Positions 34,435 to 44,321 of a DNA stretch of 64,000 nt are shown one piece after another. Both the position numbers and the translations under genes were made by a program. Each line of letters begins with the position of its first letter. The first letter of the stretch is position 1. The stretch is taken from positions 1,782-65,781 of the IMG/VR virus record IMGVR_UViG_3300021090_000015; one strand, 5' to 3'. Origin of the DNA: a virus. Below the pieces are notes generated by a model. It searched no databases. It was not told the origin of the DNA and saw only the letters and a list, made by a program, of their open reading frames with translations.

Positions 34435-35966
34435 CTGACCGTCGTTACGGTGTCAACAAATACGGCGATGGAAAGCTGTATGGTCCATCAGATGCACGCG
34501 AGGCGCTGGCGTGGGATGTGTCGGTGGATTGGGACGATAACGGTATTTTCGATGCGAACGAGACAGACCTGCTTACCGGCATTGGAGTCTATCGTGGCCG
34601 CACGCGGCTGCTGTCGCCGTCAGGTGAGGGGTTTGAGTCGATCCCGACCGGGAAGGCGGTGATCACGCTGAACAATGCAGATGGTCGCTTCGATGGCTGG
34701 AACACGAGCAGCCCGTTGTATCCGAACGTGAAATATGGCAAGGATCTGCGGCTGCGGGTGCGGGACCTGAACACGGACGCGCGCTATGGTCTCTTCCGCG
34801 GGACAATCGCCGATATCGTGCCGGTGGGCTATGGCGAGGATGCCAGGGTGATGATCTATGCCAGCGACGGGCTGGACCTGCTGCGGAATTACGTGGGGCG
34901 CGTGGCGATGCAGCACGACATCACACCAGACGAAGCGATCGGGATGGTGCTGGATGCGGTGCACTGGCCGGCGCGCTGGGGACGGTCGCTGGATGTGTCT
35001 GCGGAAACGATCCCATTCTGGTGGTCTTCGGGCAGCAAGCAGGCGATGAGCGAGATCGAGGACCTGGCTACATCGTTCCTGGGTTATTTTTTTGCGGACC
35101 GGGATGGGCGGGCACGCTACGTGAAACGATCGAGCGTGATAGATGCGGTGGCGAATTATGCCCAGGGGAGCCTGCTCAAGGACCTGGACAACCCTCAACC
35201 CTATACCCTGCTGCGCAACGTGACGCGCGTGAAAGTGCACCCACGTAATCAGGCCAGCACGAGCACGATCTTCGTGCTGGCGGGCACGCCGCCAGCGGTG
35301 CTGACGGGCGGCGCCAACTCGCAAAAATTCTTCGCAAACTATACCTATAACAATGGGCCGGTGCCAGCAGAAAATGTGACGATCAGCGTCTTCGAAGCCA
35401 ATACGCAATCAAACTTTCTGGGCACAGATGAGACCGCCAACTGTGTGGCGGCGCTGACTGACTTCGGCGATTCGGGATTTGTGGAGGTTACCAACAACAG
35501 CGCGGGCCTGGTGTACATCCGGTTGGAGCTGGAAGGGGACGCGATCTACGAGCCAAACGTGTCAGATGTGACATATCCATCAGATCTCTCGGGTATCTCC
35601 ATGCCGCGCGAGCTGGTGCTGGATATGTTGTGGCAGCAGGACCTGAATGTAGCGCGCGATATCGCAAACGTGCTGGGCGCGTTCTACGGTGGGCTGCACC
35701 CGATGCCCAGTGTGAAACTGGACAGCCAGCCTGCGCTGCAATTTGCGCCAGACCTGTTCGACATCGCCACGGCAGATCTCAATAGCATCGGGCTTAACGG
35801 TGTGAGCTTCCGCGTGGGCGGACTCACGCATGAGACGGACTCGCAATTCGAGAACTGCCAGCGGGTGAAGACCCGGCTGTACCTGGAGCCATATGTATCT
35901 GCGGACGATTTTATGCAATGGGATACGGCCTCGGTGTGGGACGAGAGCACGATCTTTGGGTATTGA
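34431..35966 (+). CDS. Tail-tip/baseplate hub protein
   Basis: I.V.RGR, L.N.DGRFD, G..FADRDG..R. Confidence 0.7.
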   Translation: MTDRRYGVNKYGDGKLYGPSDAREALAWDVSVDWDDNGIFDANETDLLTGIGVYRGRTRLLSPSGEGFESIPTGKAVITLNNADGRFDGWNTSSPLYPNVKYGKDLRLRVRDLNTDARYGLFRGTIADIVPVGYGEDARVMIYASDGLDLLRNYVGRVAMQHDITPDEAIGMVLDAVHWPARWGRSLDVSAETIPFWWSSGSKQAMSEIEDLATSFLGYFFADRDGRARYVKRSSVIDAVANYAQGSLLKDLDNPQPYTLLRNVTRVKVHPRNQASTSTIFVLAGTPPAVLTGGANSQKFFANYTYNNGPVPAENVTISVFEANTQSNFLGTDETANCVAALTDFGDSGFVEVTNNSAGLVYIRLELEGDAIYEPNVSDVTYPSDLSGISMPRELVLDMLWQQDLNVARDIANVLGAFYGGLHPMPSVKLDSQPALQFAPDLFDIATADLNSIGLNGVSFRVGGLTHETDSQFENCQRVKTRLYLEPYVSADDFMQWDTASVWDESTIFGY

Positions 35967-35970
35967 TGAG

Positions 35971-36011
35971 ACCCCTATCCCCAGCCCTTCCCCCGCCATA
36001 GGGGGAAGGGA
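35971..36011. repeat. REP-like hairpin
   Basis: CCCCTATCCCCAGCCCTTCCCCC..GGGGGAAGGG; related half at 4717-4738. Confidence 0.45.
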
Positions 36012-36025
36012 GAAAAGGCTGAAGG

Positions 36026-36658
36026 ATGAATTTCAAGAGCGTTGATCGGATCATTACTGCAAAAGATTATGGCGGGTCTGCGCGTGCATACATCCGCAAG
36101 CAACAGCAGAACGTGCAGCGGCGCGGGGTGGCGGTGACGATCAAAGACCTGGATAAGGAACCGGTCGGGGCGCCGGTGACGGCGCGCATCTGGCAGGGAC
36201 AATGGATCGCAGACTGCGAGTGCAATGGCGCCTCGTTCGTGGACCCGGATGAGCCGGTGTTTTTTTGTTTCAGTTGCGGAAACCGGGCGCATGGTCAGAA
36301 GCCGCGACCGGTGATCTTCCCGCCCATGATCGAGCGATTGGAGATCGAGCGCTTGTTACTCGAACGACCGGTGGATGACCTGGCAGGGCTGACCGATATG
36401 GAGCGGGCTGGGATGGCAAAGCCGCTGTTGTATGCGGAGATCGATGTGGACGATGGTCCGGATGTGGAGTCGGCGATGCGTGCGATGGCAAGCGGTCAGG
36501 AGATCAAGCCGCGCACACGGAAGATGACGGTGCCATTGACGCGCAGCTGGGAGCCAACGCAGAGCATCGCAGATCTGCATCGAGAACAGGATGCCGCGAT
36601 CGCGAAGTGGAAGAAGGATTTGAAGGAAGGAAAGGCAAAGAAGAATGTCATTCAATAA
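36026..36658 (+). CDS. Hypothetical tail-region protein with Cys motifs
   Basis: CECNG...CFSCGN. Confidence 0.55.
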   Translation: MNFKSVDRIITAKDYGGSARAYIRKQQQNVQRRGVAVTIKDLDKEPVGAPVTARIWQGQWIADCECNGASFVDPDEPVFFCFSCGNRAHGQKPRPVIFPPMIERLEIERLLLERPVDDLAGLTDMERAGMAKPLLYAEIDVDDGPDVESAMRAMASGQEIKPRTRKMTVPLTRSWEPTQSIADLHREQDAAIAKWKKDLKEGKAKKNVIQ

Positions 36659-37226
36659 TTCCTTCACTGCTGTAACCGGCGCCACCTACACGGCGGCGCA
36701 ATACAACACGCACACGCGCGACAACCTGACAGCGATCTGGGTCTATACCACGGCGGGCGATCTTACCTATGCCAGCAGCTCGACCAGCCTGGCGCGCCTG
36801 GGGATCGGTGCCATTGGGGACCAACTGCTCTCCTCGGGGAGCGCTCCGCTGTGGGTGGATGGAAGCCGATATATTCCGGTGCAGCTCAATGCGGATGTGG
36901 CTTTGGTGACTGGTGATAATGCGGGTGTGTTCTTCATCCCGCCGGGGTTAAATGGCTGGAATATCACATTCGTAGGAGCGGTGAGGGCAAGCGGCGGTAC
37001 GGGGGTACCTGCGCTGCAGCTGCGCAACATCACGGATGGTGTGGATGTGTTGAGCACCAAGGTGACGATCGACAGCGGCGAGGTCTATAGCGGAACTGCG
37101 GCAACGCCGGCGGCGATCGACACAAGCAAGGATGACGTGGCGACCGGTGACCAGTTCGCGTGGGATGTGGACGTGGCTGGCAGTTCGACGTACTGCATTG
37201 CGATGGTTGGGCTGAAAAAGACATGA
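36645..37226 (+). CDS. Minor tail protein
   Basis: TTAGDL.Y...ARLGIG motif. Confidence 0.6.
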   Translation: MSFNNSFTAVTGATYTAAQYNTHTRDNLTAIWVYTTAGDLTYASSSTSLARLGIGAIGDQLLSSGSAPLWVDGSRYIPVQLNADVALVTGDNAGVFFIPPGLNGWNITFVGAVRASGGTGVPALQLRNITDGVDVLSTKVTIDSGEVYSGTAATPAAIDTSKDDVATGDQFAWDVDVAGSSTYCIAMVGLKKT

Positions 37227-37780
37227 GCCAGCTCTACAGCATCAACGCCGGCGCGGGTGACTGTTGGGGAGATGCACATGGTAATTTTGTTACCAACGGA
37301 ACGTTCCTTTGGGTGGGCGGCACTCCGGATATTGATGGCGATCCGCGCACGTGGATCCCGTTCACGGTGCCACTACCCAGGATCACTATTGTGTCTGCGA
37401 CGCTTAAGTGGCGCGCGACGCAAACCAGGAGTGAGGGGGTGAGCGTGTCGATCTGCTGCGAGGCGGCAGACAACCCCAGCACGCCTGGGTCGAATGCGGA
37501 CATTTTTGGCAGGGTGCTAACAACAGCACGCTTGAACACCTCACTGGCAGCGTACACGACCGGGGATGAGTATTCCTACAATGTGGCTGCACCCGTGCAG
37601 GAGGTATTGAGTCGAGCGGGCTGGGTGGCTGGAAACACGCTGGCGATTTTGGTAAAAGACAATGGTACTTCGTCTGACAACCGTCGGCAGGTGGCATCGG
37701 TTGAAAACACATCGTATGCACAAGCGATCCTTGAGATTGTCATTCCGAAGTTTATTCCGCGGAATGGTGGAGTGATATAG
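37223..37780 (+). CDS. Carbohydrate-binding-like minor tail protein
   Basis: I.SA.L.W...W..GN.LAI...S.E...L.I. Confidence 0.5.
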   Translation: MSQLYSINAGAGDCWGDAHGNFVTNGTFLWVGGTPDIDGDPRTWIPFTVPLPRITIVSATLKWRATQTRSEGVSVSICCEAADNPSTPGSNADIFGRVLTTARLNTSLAAYTTGDEYSYNVAAPVQEVLSRAGWVAGNTLAILVKDNGTSSDNRRQVASVENTSYAQAILEIVIPKFIPRNGGVI

Positions 37781-39037
37781 ATGACAGATCTAACTTCGTT
37801 TTTCAAAACCGACTTACTCGACGACCACGTGGCTGACGATATCAACCGGTTGATCGCTGCCAGTTTGCGTGCGGAGTTTCGTAATGTGGAGACCATCACA
37901 GCGACAAAGGAGCTGGCTGATTCGGATTGTCAGTTCCAGAATATCACGGCGAGCGGTGCGAATAGAACGGTAGAGCTCGCTCCGGAAGCAACGACCAATC
38001 ACTTCTTTGTCATCTCGAATGTGGGTGGCTCAAATAATGTGATTGTGAAAGATGACAGTGGGGTGACCACGTTCACAACGCTCTTTCCCGATGAGTGGTG
38101 TCTGGCGATCTCGAACGGATCGGCATGGAAAACATTATTCCCCGGGCGATCTGCACGAGTATGGGCAGGAAAGACGGCTGCCCCCACAACGGGCGATGAC
38201 AGCGCAGATGGTATCGCGGTGGGCGATCGCTGGATCGATGAGACCAACGATAAAGAGTACGTGGCGCTGGATGTGACCGTTGGAGCGGCAGTATGGACCG
38301 AGACGACTGGGGCCGGCGGAGGCGCTTCAGATGGATGGATTGCCGGATCTGGAACCTGGACATATGCCAGCGCAGACAGCCCCACTTTTACGCTGACTGT
38401 GAACGCAGACCTGACCAGCGCGATCGGTGTTGGGAACAGGATCAAGCTGACCCAGACAACGGCGAAGTATTTTATCGTGACGGCGATCTCCTACTCTTCG
38501 CCAAACACAACGATCACCATCTATGGCGGGGTAGACTACACACTCGCCAATGCCGCAATCTCCAACCCGTATTATTCCTCTGCCAAGGCGCCGGTCGGTT
38601 TCCCCCTTGATCCAGAAAAGTGGCAGGTGACATTCACGGATACATCCAGCAGATCACAGGCGTCTCCGGCACAGAACACCTGGTATAACCTGGGTTCGTT
38701 ATCTGTGAGCATTCCTATTGGGGTTTGGAGAATAAAGATCACAGTTGTTCTCCAAACCAGCGATAATACAGCAGCAACCGGTGTCACTAATGTAACCTTT
38801 TCCACTGCAAATAATTCAGAGAGTAGTAATAAGCTCACGCGTGCGCATTATTTTCAGGTTACTGGTGGTACTGCCGTGCAGTTTATTTCCCATGAGATCA
38901 TCGATGGGATTATTAATATTGCAACTAAAACGACCTACTATTTCAACGCACAGACAGGATCGACTGGTGTCGATACTATCTTTTTCCGCAATGACATCGT
39001 ACCGTTGTACTTTGTCGCGGAATGCGCCTATCTATGA
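37781..39037 (+). CDS. Tail fibre/receptor-binding protein
   Basis: APT..DD..DG..VG.RW, GAAVW, G..IKLTQ. Confidence 0.65.
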   Translation: MTDLTSFFKTDLLDDHVADDINRLIAASLRAEFRNVETITATKELADSDCQFQNITASGANRTVELAPEATTNHFFVISNVGGSNNVIVKDDSGVTTFTTLFPDEWCLAISNGSAWKTLFPGRSARVWAGKTAAPTTGDDSADGIAVGDRWIDETNDKEYVALDVTVGAAVWTETTGAGGGASDGWIAGSGTWTYASADSPTFTLTVNADLTSAIGVGNRIKLTQTTAKYFIVTAISYSSPNTTITIYGGVDYTLANAAISNPYYSSAKAPVGFPLDPEKWQVTFTDTSSRSQASPAQNTWYNLGSLSVSIPIGVWRIKITVVLQTSDNTAATGVTNVTFSTANNSESSNKLTRAHYFQVTGGTAVQFISHEIIDGIINIATKTTYYFNAQTGSTGVDTIFFRNDIVPLYFVAECAYL

Positions 39038-39203
39038 TCTGCCGGAATGAGAAATGGACAAGAACAAGCAACGATCACGTGATGCATTCTGGCGCGATCT
39101 GTTGTTTATTTTTCAGATCACGCTTTGTATGACGATCGTGGTCGTGATTTTGATCTGGGTGTTTGGGGGATGAGGACTGAAAGCAGAAGGATGAAGTGGG
39201 GAC

Positions 39204-39334
39204 TCTTGTTATACCAGGCGCGGAGATCCCAAACAAGAATAGTGATCGGTGATCAGTGGAACTCTTGTTTTTCTCGAGGACGATATCTGAAACAAGATTT
39301 CTTGTTTACCAGGCTCGAGCGATCGGGAACAAGA
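39204..39334. repeat. Three tandem TCTTGT-N23-ACAAGA elements
   Basis: 39204-39238, 39263-39297, 39300-39334; further copies at 6199, 39807, 40141, 41199, 42961, 58356, 58610. Confidence 0.75.
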
Positions 39335-39358
39335 TAACCGAATTGTTAGAATAGGGAT

Positions 39359-39850
39359 ATGGATACGACAGTAGATCGAACCAGATTATTTTCCCATTTG
39401 ACCCGGACACGGTTTCTGCACATCGAGGATGCGCTTGAGCGCGGGAAGCTGCGTTTCTTCATGGGATCATTCGAACGCGGGCAAGGTTCGAACCAGACGG
39501 TGTATGCCTTTCTGGACATCGACGATGCACGTGTGATCCTGCATGATCTCGCGGACGGGAAGCCGGTGGATTACAGCTCATTCGCCGGTGGGAAGAGCGG
39601 AGGCGGGTTGATCATCTCGCGCGTCGTGAAGATCCGAACGAACGATGGTCAAGTTTGGATCCAGGTACAAAACGGGCCGGGAGTCCATCAGGGTGGTGTG
39701 ATCAAGCCGAACGGGAAGCCAGCCGCGGAGATCTCAATCCCGTTGACGGTGTTCGAAGGGCGGAAGCTCGGTCATGCGTGCCTGGCATATTTACAGGCGT
39801 GGGACGTCTTGTGCAGGCGCCCAGCTCTCCGGGAGAACAAGAATGGGTGA
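39359..39850 (+). CDS. Conserved hypothetical phage protein (homolog of 4889)
   Basis: High similarity to 4889..5437. Confidence 0.75.
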   Translation: MDTTVDRTRLFSHLTRTRFLHIEDALERGKLRFFMGSFERGQGSNQTVYAFLDIDDARVILHDLADGKPVDYSSFAGGKSGGGLIISRVVKIRTNDGQVWIQVQNGPGVHQGGVIKPNGKPAAEISIPLTVFEGRKLGHACLAYLQAWDVLCRRPALRENKNG

Positions 39851-40139
39851 ATATATTTTGGTGTCACGCAGTGAGTGGTTCAAGTTCCCGCTCGAGGTGG
39901 CGACGTGCCCGATCTGTGGCGCCGGTGTTGTGGCGATCTTCGACGAATGGGAGTCTGAGACGGGACGCGTGACTGAATGCGGCTTCCACATCGATTGCAT
40001 CGACGAGCCGGATATACATGCTGATGCGTGGGATGTCTGGTTCACTTCGCACTGGTCGATGCCCTATGTGGACTGGCTGCCGCTCGAGGTGAGACTCTAT
40101 CAGTGGTTTGATCAGCGCTATCGGCTGAGGAACCCGTAA
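39843..40139 (+). CDS. Cys/Trp-rich hypothetical protein flanked by TCTTGT/ACAAGA elements
   Basis: CPICG; ATG directly follows ACAAGA. Confidence 0.55.
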   Translation: MGEYILVSRSEWFKFPLEVATCPICGAGVVAIFDEWESETGRVTECGFHIDCIDEPDIHADAWDVWFTSHWSMPYVDWLPLEVRLYQWFDQRYRLRNP

Positions 40140-40242
40140 TTCTTGTTTTCCACGTGGATCCATGATAAAACAAGATGCACGCATTCTGTGAATGCGTGCA
40201 TCTTGTTTTAAGTGTTCATGATCATGCGAACTGGAAACAAGA

Positions 40243-40473
40243 TTATTTCGTTGGAAATTCCCATATGTAGACTATTTGATCTGGCTTCGTCTGAGAGTTG
40301 GTTATCGTGCTGACAATATGGGCATAGCGAAGCATATCGACTCTATCGATATGGTTGAAAAACTTGATGTCATTCCACATCACTTGCTCTTTGAGATCGA
40401 CGACGCGCCACACCCCATCAGGGGCATACACTGCATCAAGGATCATGGATGAGACGCGGCTCTTTTTTGCCAT
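40243..40473 (-). CDS. Hypothetical protein
   Basis: 76 aa; stop abuts ACAAGA. Confidence 0.5.
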   Translation of the reverse strand: MAKKSRVSSMILDAVYAPDGVWRVVDLKEQVMWNDIKFFNHIDRVDMLRYAHIVSTITNSQTKPDQIVYIWEFPTK

Positions 40474-40896
40474 GGGGTTATTTTACAGCCAAATCTTGTT
40501 TTTAGATTTGTGGCCAAGTGCCATTTTGAGAAAGATGGCTCTACGTGTCAAATAAGGGCATTTTTGGGAGGCAGGTCTGATAGGTCAAAACGCGTGTGGC
40601 GCGCGCTGCCTGGCTTTTCCTGTGCAGGATTCCAGGCTGGTTTACAACTGCTCCCCCATTTTTAGCCGATCTGTTCTATGAATGGTGTGAAAAGCGCATA
40701 GTCACTAAGGTTTGTTGTATTTTCCCGGACCTGGTTTGGCGTTCCGGGGCAGGCAGGGGCGGGACAGGGCTGGGCGACGCGAAAGGGGCGGAAGACGACG
40801 ACGCGAACGTGTGCGGGTGGGCGCGTGCCTACATGACTACACGCGATGGTTCTTTAAGGTTTAATTGATTTAAGGGAATTAATGTATACTAATGGA

Positions 40897-41133
40897 ATGG
40901 ACGAGGAGAAACTGTTGACCGCCCCCGAGGTTGGCAAGTTGTTGGGTGTGACTTCGGCTACCATGAACCACTGGCTGGATGCCGGTCATTTCCCCAATGC
41001 CTACCGGTTGAACCCGATGAAGCCTCATTCGCCGTGGCGCATTCCGCGTGGCGATGTGGTTGAGTTCATCGCGGAGCGACGCAAACAACGCGGGTACCAG
41101 CGTCCGGTGGATATGTCGCAGATCGATCAGTGA
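40897..41133 (+). CDS. Excisionase/MerR-like HTH protein
   Basis: LLTAPEVGKLLGVTSATMNHW...WRIP. Confidence 0.75.
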   Translation: MDEEKLLTAPEVGKLLGVTSATMNHWLDAGHFPNAYRLNPMKPHSPWRIPRGDVVEFIAERRKQRGYQRPVDMSQIDQ

Positions 41134-41238
41134 TGGTTGCATCGATGCAGACTCTACCACCGATACAAGATTCCATGTGTGTGCGCATGTTACATGTTTC
41201 TTGTTTACGGCCTGGATCCATGGAGAGACAAGATTAAA

Positions 41239-41268
41239 TAAAAAAGCCCTGCTCAGCGCAGGGCTTTT
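41239..41268. terminator. Bidirectional intrinsic terminator
   Basis: AAAAAAGCCCTGC-TCAGC-GCAGGGCTTTT between convergent genes. Confidence 0.7.
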
Positions 41269-41813
41269 GCTTCGGACTTCAAAACGCGGACGCGCTTCTG
41301 TGGATTCGGTTCACTCATATCGGGATAGGATTGCAACTTTCCACGCGCAACATATTGCGAAATCGACTTGACCGATTTTCCGGAAAGATCTGCCGCATCG
41401 CTGATAGTGATCAGCTTATCACCCTGGCTCCACACAAATGCTGCCATGACGATGGACCCGAAATCTGACTTCCAAAATTTGTCGGGGATATCGTAGGACG
41501 ATTCGCCAGGGATGCCAAAGAGTTTCTCGACCAATCCCTGCACATGCTCATATATCTCTGCGCGATCCAAGCCTTTTGTATCGCCACTTGCGACACGGAC
41601 CATGTCGGCGATGGATTCGGCGATCAACAGAGATAGATAATCGTCCTCACTGCCTGGCATGTCTTTGCTGTTGAGCTCGATGCCGAAATGGTTGCGCAGC
41701 TCCCAGACCAGGGTGTCGAAATAGTCGTGCAAAAACACCAGGACAATTTCGCGGTAGGGATCATCGATACTGACTGGCTTGCTAAGTTTCATGATGCTCA
41801 TTAGTTTCTCCAA
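41253..41813 (-). CDS. Protein with C-terminal HTH
   Basis: ITISDAADLSGKSVKSISQYVARGKL. Confidence 0.6.
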   Translation of the reverse strand: MEKLMSIMKLSKPVSIDDPYREIVLVFLHDYFDTLVWELRNHFGIELNSKDMPGSEDDYLSLLIAESIADMVRVASGDTKGLDRAEIYEHVQGLVEKLFGIPGESSYDIPDKFWKSDFGSIVMAAFVWSQGDKLITISDAADLSGKSVKSISQYVARGKLQSYPDMSEPNPQKRVRVLKSEAKALR

Positions 41814-41843
41814 GTGCCAGGCTCAGGGGGAGCCTGGGTATTT

Positions 41844-42086
41844 TTATCGACGCTTTTTCCAGCCGAGCGTGCGATAGATTTGATTGATCTTATTGCGCAC
41901 GTCCTGCAAGTCGCGCTTGTCGCGCAGGATCGTTGAGCGGTTGACTGGCTCTTCATCGCCTGCCAATAGGTTGGCGATTTTTTGATACGAGAGATCATCG
42001 AGCAATCCCAGCGTATCGAGTTCAAGCATGATCGCCAGGCGGGCCGCTTTTTCGATGATCATTTTTTGTTTTTCATCGGTTGACAT
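41844..42086 (-). CDS. Small HTH-like protein
   Basis: LSYQKIANLL...VNRSTILRD. Confidence 0.55.
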   Translation of the reverse strand: MSTDEKQKMIIEKAARLAIMLELDTLGLLDDLSYQKIANLLAGDEEPVNRSTILRDKRDLQDVRNKINQIYRTLGWKKRR

Positions 42087-42128
42087 GTTCGTTTGACCGG
42101 CGGGTTGTTCGCCCGCCGGTCTTGATGT

Positions 42129-42494
42129 TTACTCGATCTCGACAGTCACTGCATCAACAGTGTAGCCAGGCTGACCGTTGTACCATTTTTGCTCCTCGGT
42201 CAGCTTGCCGAGCTCGTACATGTTGTGATCATCGTTGACGATACGACGCCAGCGGAGTCTGACTTTCACAAACCACGCGGTGGTGTAGTATGTTCCGCCG
42301 CGATAACTGGCGAGTGTGCGATCTTCTGAGATCGCTTTGTTGACCTGCAAAATCGTGCCGGTGTGATCTGGTCGGGTCGCCTTATCGACCTGCAAAAAAC
42401 TTTGTGTCTGTGATTCGTTCCAGACCTGGCTAGCTCCAGCGTTATATCCGAAACCAACTTTCGACCGACGTGTGATTGTGATTGTTTCAGTCAT
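42129..42494 (-). CDS. Hypothetical protein
   Basis: GGAGG RBS, operon context. Confidence 0.55.
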   Translation of the reverse strand: MTETITITRRSKVGFGYNAGASQVWNESQTQSFLQVDKATRPDHTGTILQVNKAISEDRTLASYRGGTYYTTAWFVKVRLRWRRIVNDDHNMYELGKLTEEQKWYNGQPGYTVDAVTVEIE

Positions 42495-42503
42495 GGCATC
42501 CTC

Positions 42504-42713
42504 CTAGCGGATCGTGAAAGATTTAACTTCGGTTCCGAAATTATCCACGATGTAGATCTTCCAGCCGCTTCCCATTTCGCGGCGAGCGGCGGATGTGGCG
42601 GCACTGATCGATGTGAAGATTCTGCCGCCGTTCGGATGGTCCATGTCGATGCCCACGCTGGTAGATGCTCCCTGGTTGTTGCTTGCCGAGACTGTGTACG
42701 TTATTTTATCCAT
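42504..42713 (-). CDS. Hypothetical protein
   Basis: AAGGAGATCAAA RBS. Confidence 0.55.
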   Translation of the reverse strand: MDKITYTVSASNNQGASTSVGIDMDHPNGGRIFTSISAATSAARREMGSGWKIYIVDNFGTEVKSFTIR

Positions 42714-42889
42714 TTTGATCTCCTTGTTTGGGGTTATAATTTTGGCGTGTCCTTGTTTGGGGACACGTCCCTCACTGTTTACGCAGTGGGGGATTTTTTC
42801 TTACGCTCATCCCCTGTCTCTTTTCAGCCATCTGCCGTATCTCGCCGGGTCTACCGGACTACCGTGTGCTGTTTGCTTTGTATGTTTCT

Positions 42890-42917
42890 ATTATACTCAA
42901 TTCTATAGAGTTGTCAA
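42890..42917 (-). promoter_or_regulatory. Consensus promoter for the minus-strand accessory operon
   Basis: TTGACA-16-TATAAT; near-palindrome CAATTCTATAGAGTTG in the spacer. Confidence 0.75.
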
Positions 42918-43002
42918 GGGTTGAAAGATAAGAAAAAAGCTACTCAATTGAGCAGCTTGATCTTGTGCAGCCTGGGAGCTGGGTCCTGAAACAAGATGGA
43001 GT

Positions 43003-43434
43003 CTATGACGTTACTGGTGGTGGCGCGACCGGTGCAGGCTGCGCTTCTGGATCTGGAGTTTTTCGGATCGATCCAATTAATGCCAGGAATGTTCCCAGCG
43101 GGCTCAAGCAACTTAAACCAATGCCAAGCGATGTGCGTACGCTATCTGATTCAACTGCCAGTCCCATAATAGAAAGTCCTTTGAGAGCCAGGACAAGACC
43201 ACACCCCAGGGCGACAATGGCACCAAAGCCCGAGAAGGTCTTTCCGGGTTGTTCTTTCGCCAGGAGCGCGATCAACAGCAGAATGAAACCTCCTGCACCA
43301 GTGAGAATGCCATCTGTTTCAAAACCGTAGATGCTGCGGGATAATCCGAAGATTCCACTAACAGTTGCCCAGGGAGTGGCTGCACCGATCAAAATTAAAA
43401 TACTGCCGATCAATACGAGAGTCTTTGCTTTCAT
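43003..43434 (-). CDS. Membrane protein (accessory slot)
   Basis: About 4 TM segments; same AGAAAGGGTG RBS as the unit A BRCT gene. Confidence 0.65.
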   Translation of the reverse strand: MKAKTLVLIGSILILIGAATPWATVSGIFGLSRSIYGFETDGILTGAGGFILLLIALLAKEQPGKTFSGFGAIVALGCGLVLALKGLSIMGLAVESDSVRTSLGIGLSCLSPLGTFLALIGSIRKTPDPEAQPAPVAPPPVTS

Positions 43435-43525
43435 GGGTTCACCCTTTCTGTAACCTTTCAACGGTTTGAATATCTTGTATTTTGCCTCTTGACAGCAGTG
43501 CGGTAAGTTTGGTAAGATATGGCGC

Positions 43526-43723
43526 ATGAACAAAAACGATCTCATGACAGTTCCAGAATTTGCGGCAGCGATGGATGTGGACCGCAATACCGTCACCGAA
43601 TGGGTGAGACTTGGTAAAGTAAAAGGTTTCAAGAAGGATCCTTTCCAGGCCAAGACTTCACCTATATACATTCCACGCAGCGAGCTTGAGCGCGTCAAGA
43701 AGCTCATGAAAGAGAATGAGTAG
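43526..43723 (+). CDS. Excisionase-like HTH protein
   Basis: Homolog of 7180..7392; leaderless promoter 43489-43518. Confidence 0.8.
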   Translation: MNKNDLMTVPEFAAAMDVDRNTVTEWVRLGKVKGFKKDPFQAKTSPIYIPRSELERVKKLMKENE

Positions 43724-43728
43724 ATCGA

Positions 43729-44259
43729 ATGACTAAGGAAATTCCACTTACCCACGGCAAGATAGCATTGGTCGATGACGCTGATTACGAGTGGCTGCGT
43801 CAATGGAGGTGGAGTGCGTGGTCGCATAAACGTAATTGGTATGCTATACGTTATCAAGGCAAACCGCGTAAGAATATTTTTATGCATGTCGAAATCATAA
43901 AACCATCTGAATGTATGGTAATTGACCATCGGGATCGCAATGGTCTTAACAACCAAAGGTACAACTTGCGAGAATGTACGAATGTTCAAAATTTCAGAAA
44001 CAGAAGAAGGCAAATTAACAACACATCTGGCTACATTGGCGTGGACAAAAACCGTGGCAGGTGGCGTGCAAGAGTAGATTTCTATGGTAAAAAAATCCAC
44101 GTTTATTATGGATATGATTTAGAAGCCGCTGCTCGAGCATATGATGCAAAGGCATTTGAATTGTTTGGTGAATTTGCGAGTCTAAATTTTCCAAATCGTC
44201 TTGATTCTGGTTACTTAAAAAAGAGCGCCCGCTCTGATCAGCGGGCGCCCGGTCAGTGA
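43729..44259 (+). CDS. HNH-AP2 homing-type endonuclease
   Basis: IDHRDRNGLNNQR.NLR..T..QN..N; NTSGY.GV..RWRA..EAAARAYD..A..LFGEFA.LNF. Confidence 0.88.
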   Translation: MTKEIPLTHGKIALVDDADYEWLRQWRWSAWSHKRNWYAIRYQGKPRKNIFMHVEIIKPSECMVIDHRDRNGLNNQRYNLRECTNVQNFRNRRRQINNTSGYIGVDKNRGRWRARVDFYGKKIHVYYGYDLEAAARAYDAKAFELFGEFASLNFPNRLDSGYLKKSARSDQRAPGQ

Positions 44260-44321
44260 CTGGAACCAGGGCTATTTTCCGAACTGCTCTTTAACAACAG
44301 AATAGACCTAGTTACAGTATG

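Noticed and set aside
39204-39334. CRISPR array
   Set aside because: Only 6-bp inverted ends are conserved, spacing is irregular and no cas genes are present.
43435-44100. 365-aa minus-strand ORF 43003..44100
   Set aside because: The extension is antisense to the xis and HNH genes; the RBS supports a start at 43434.
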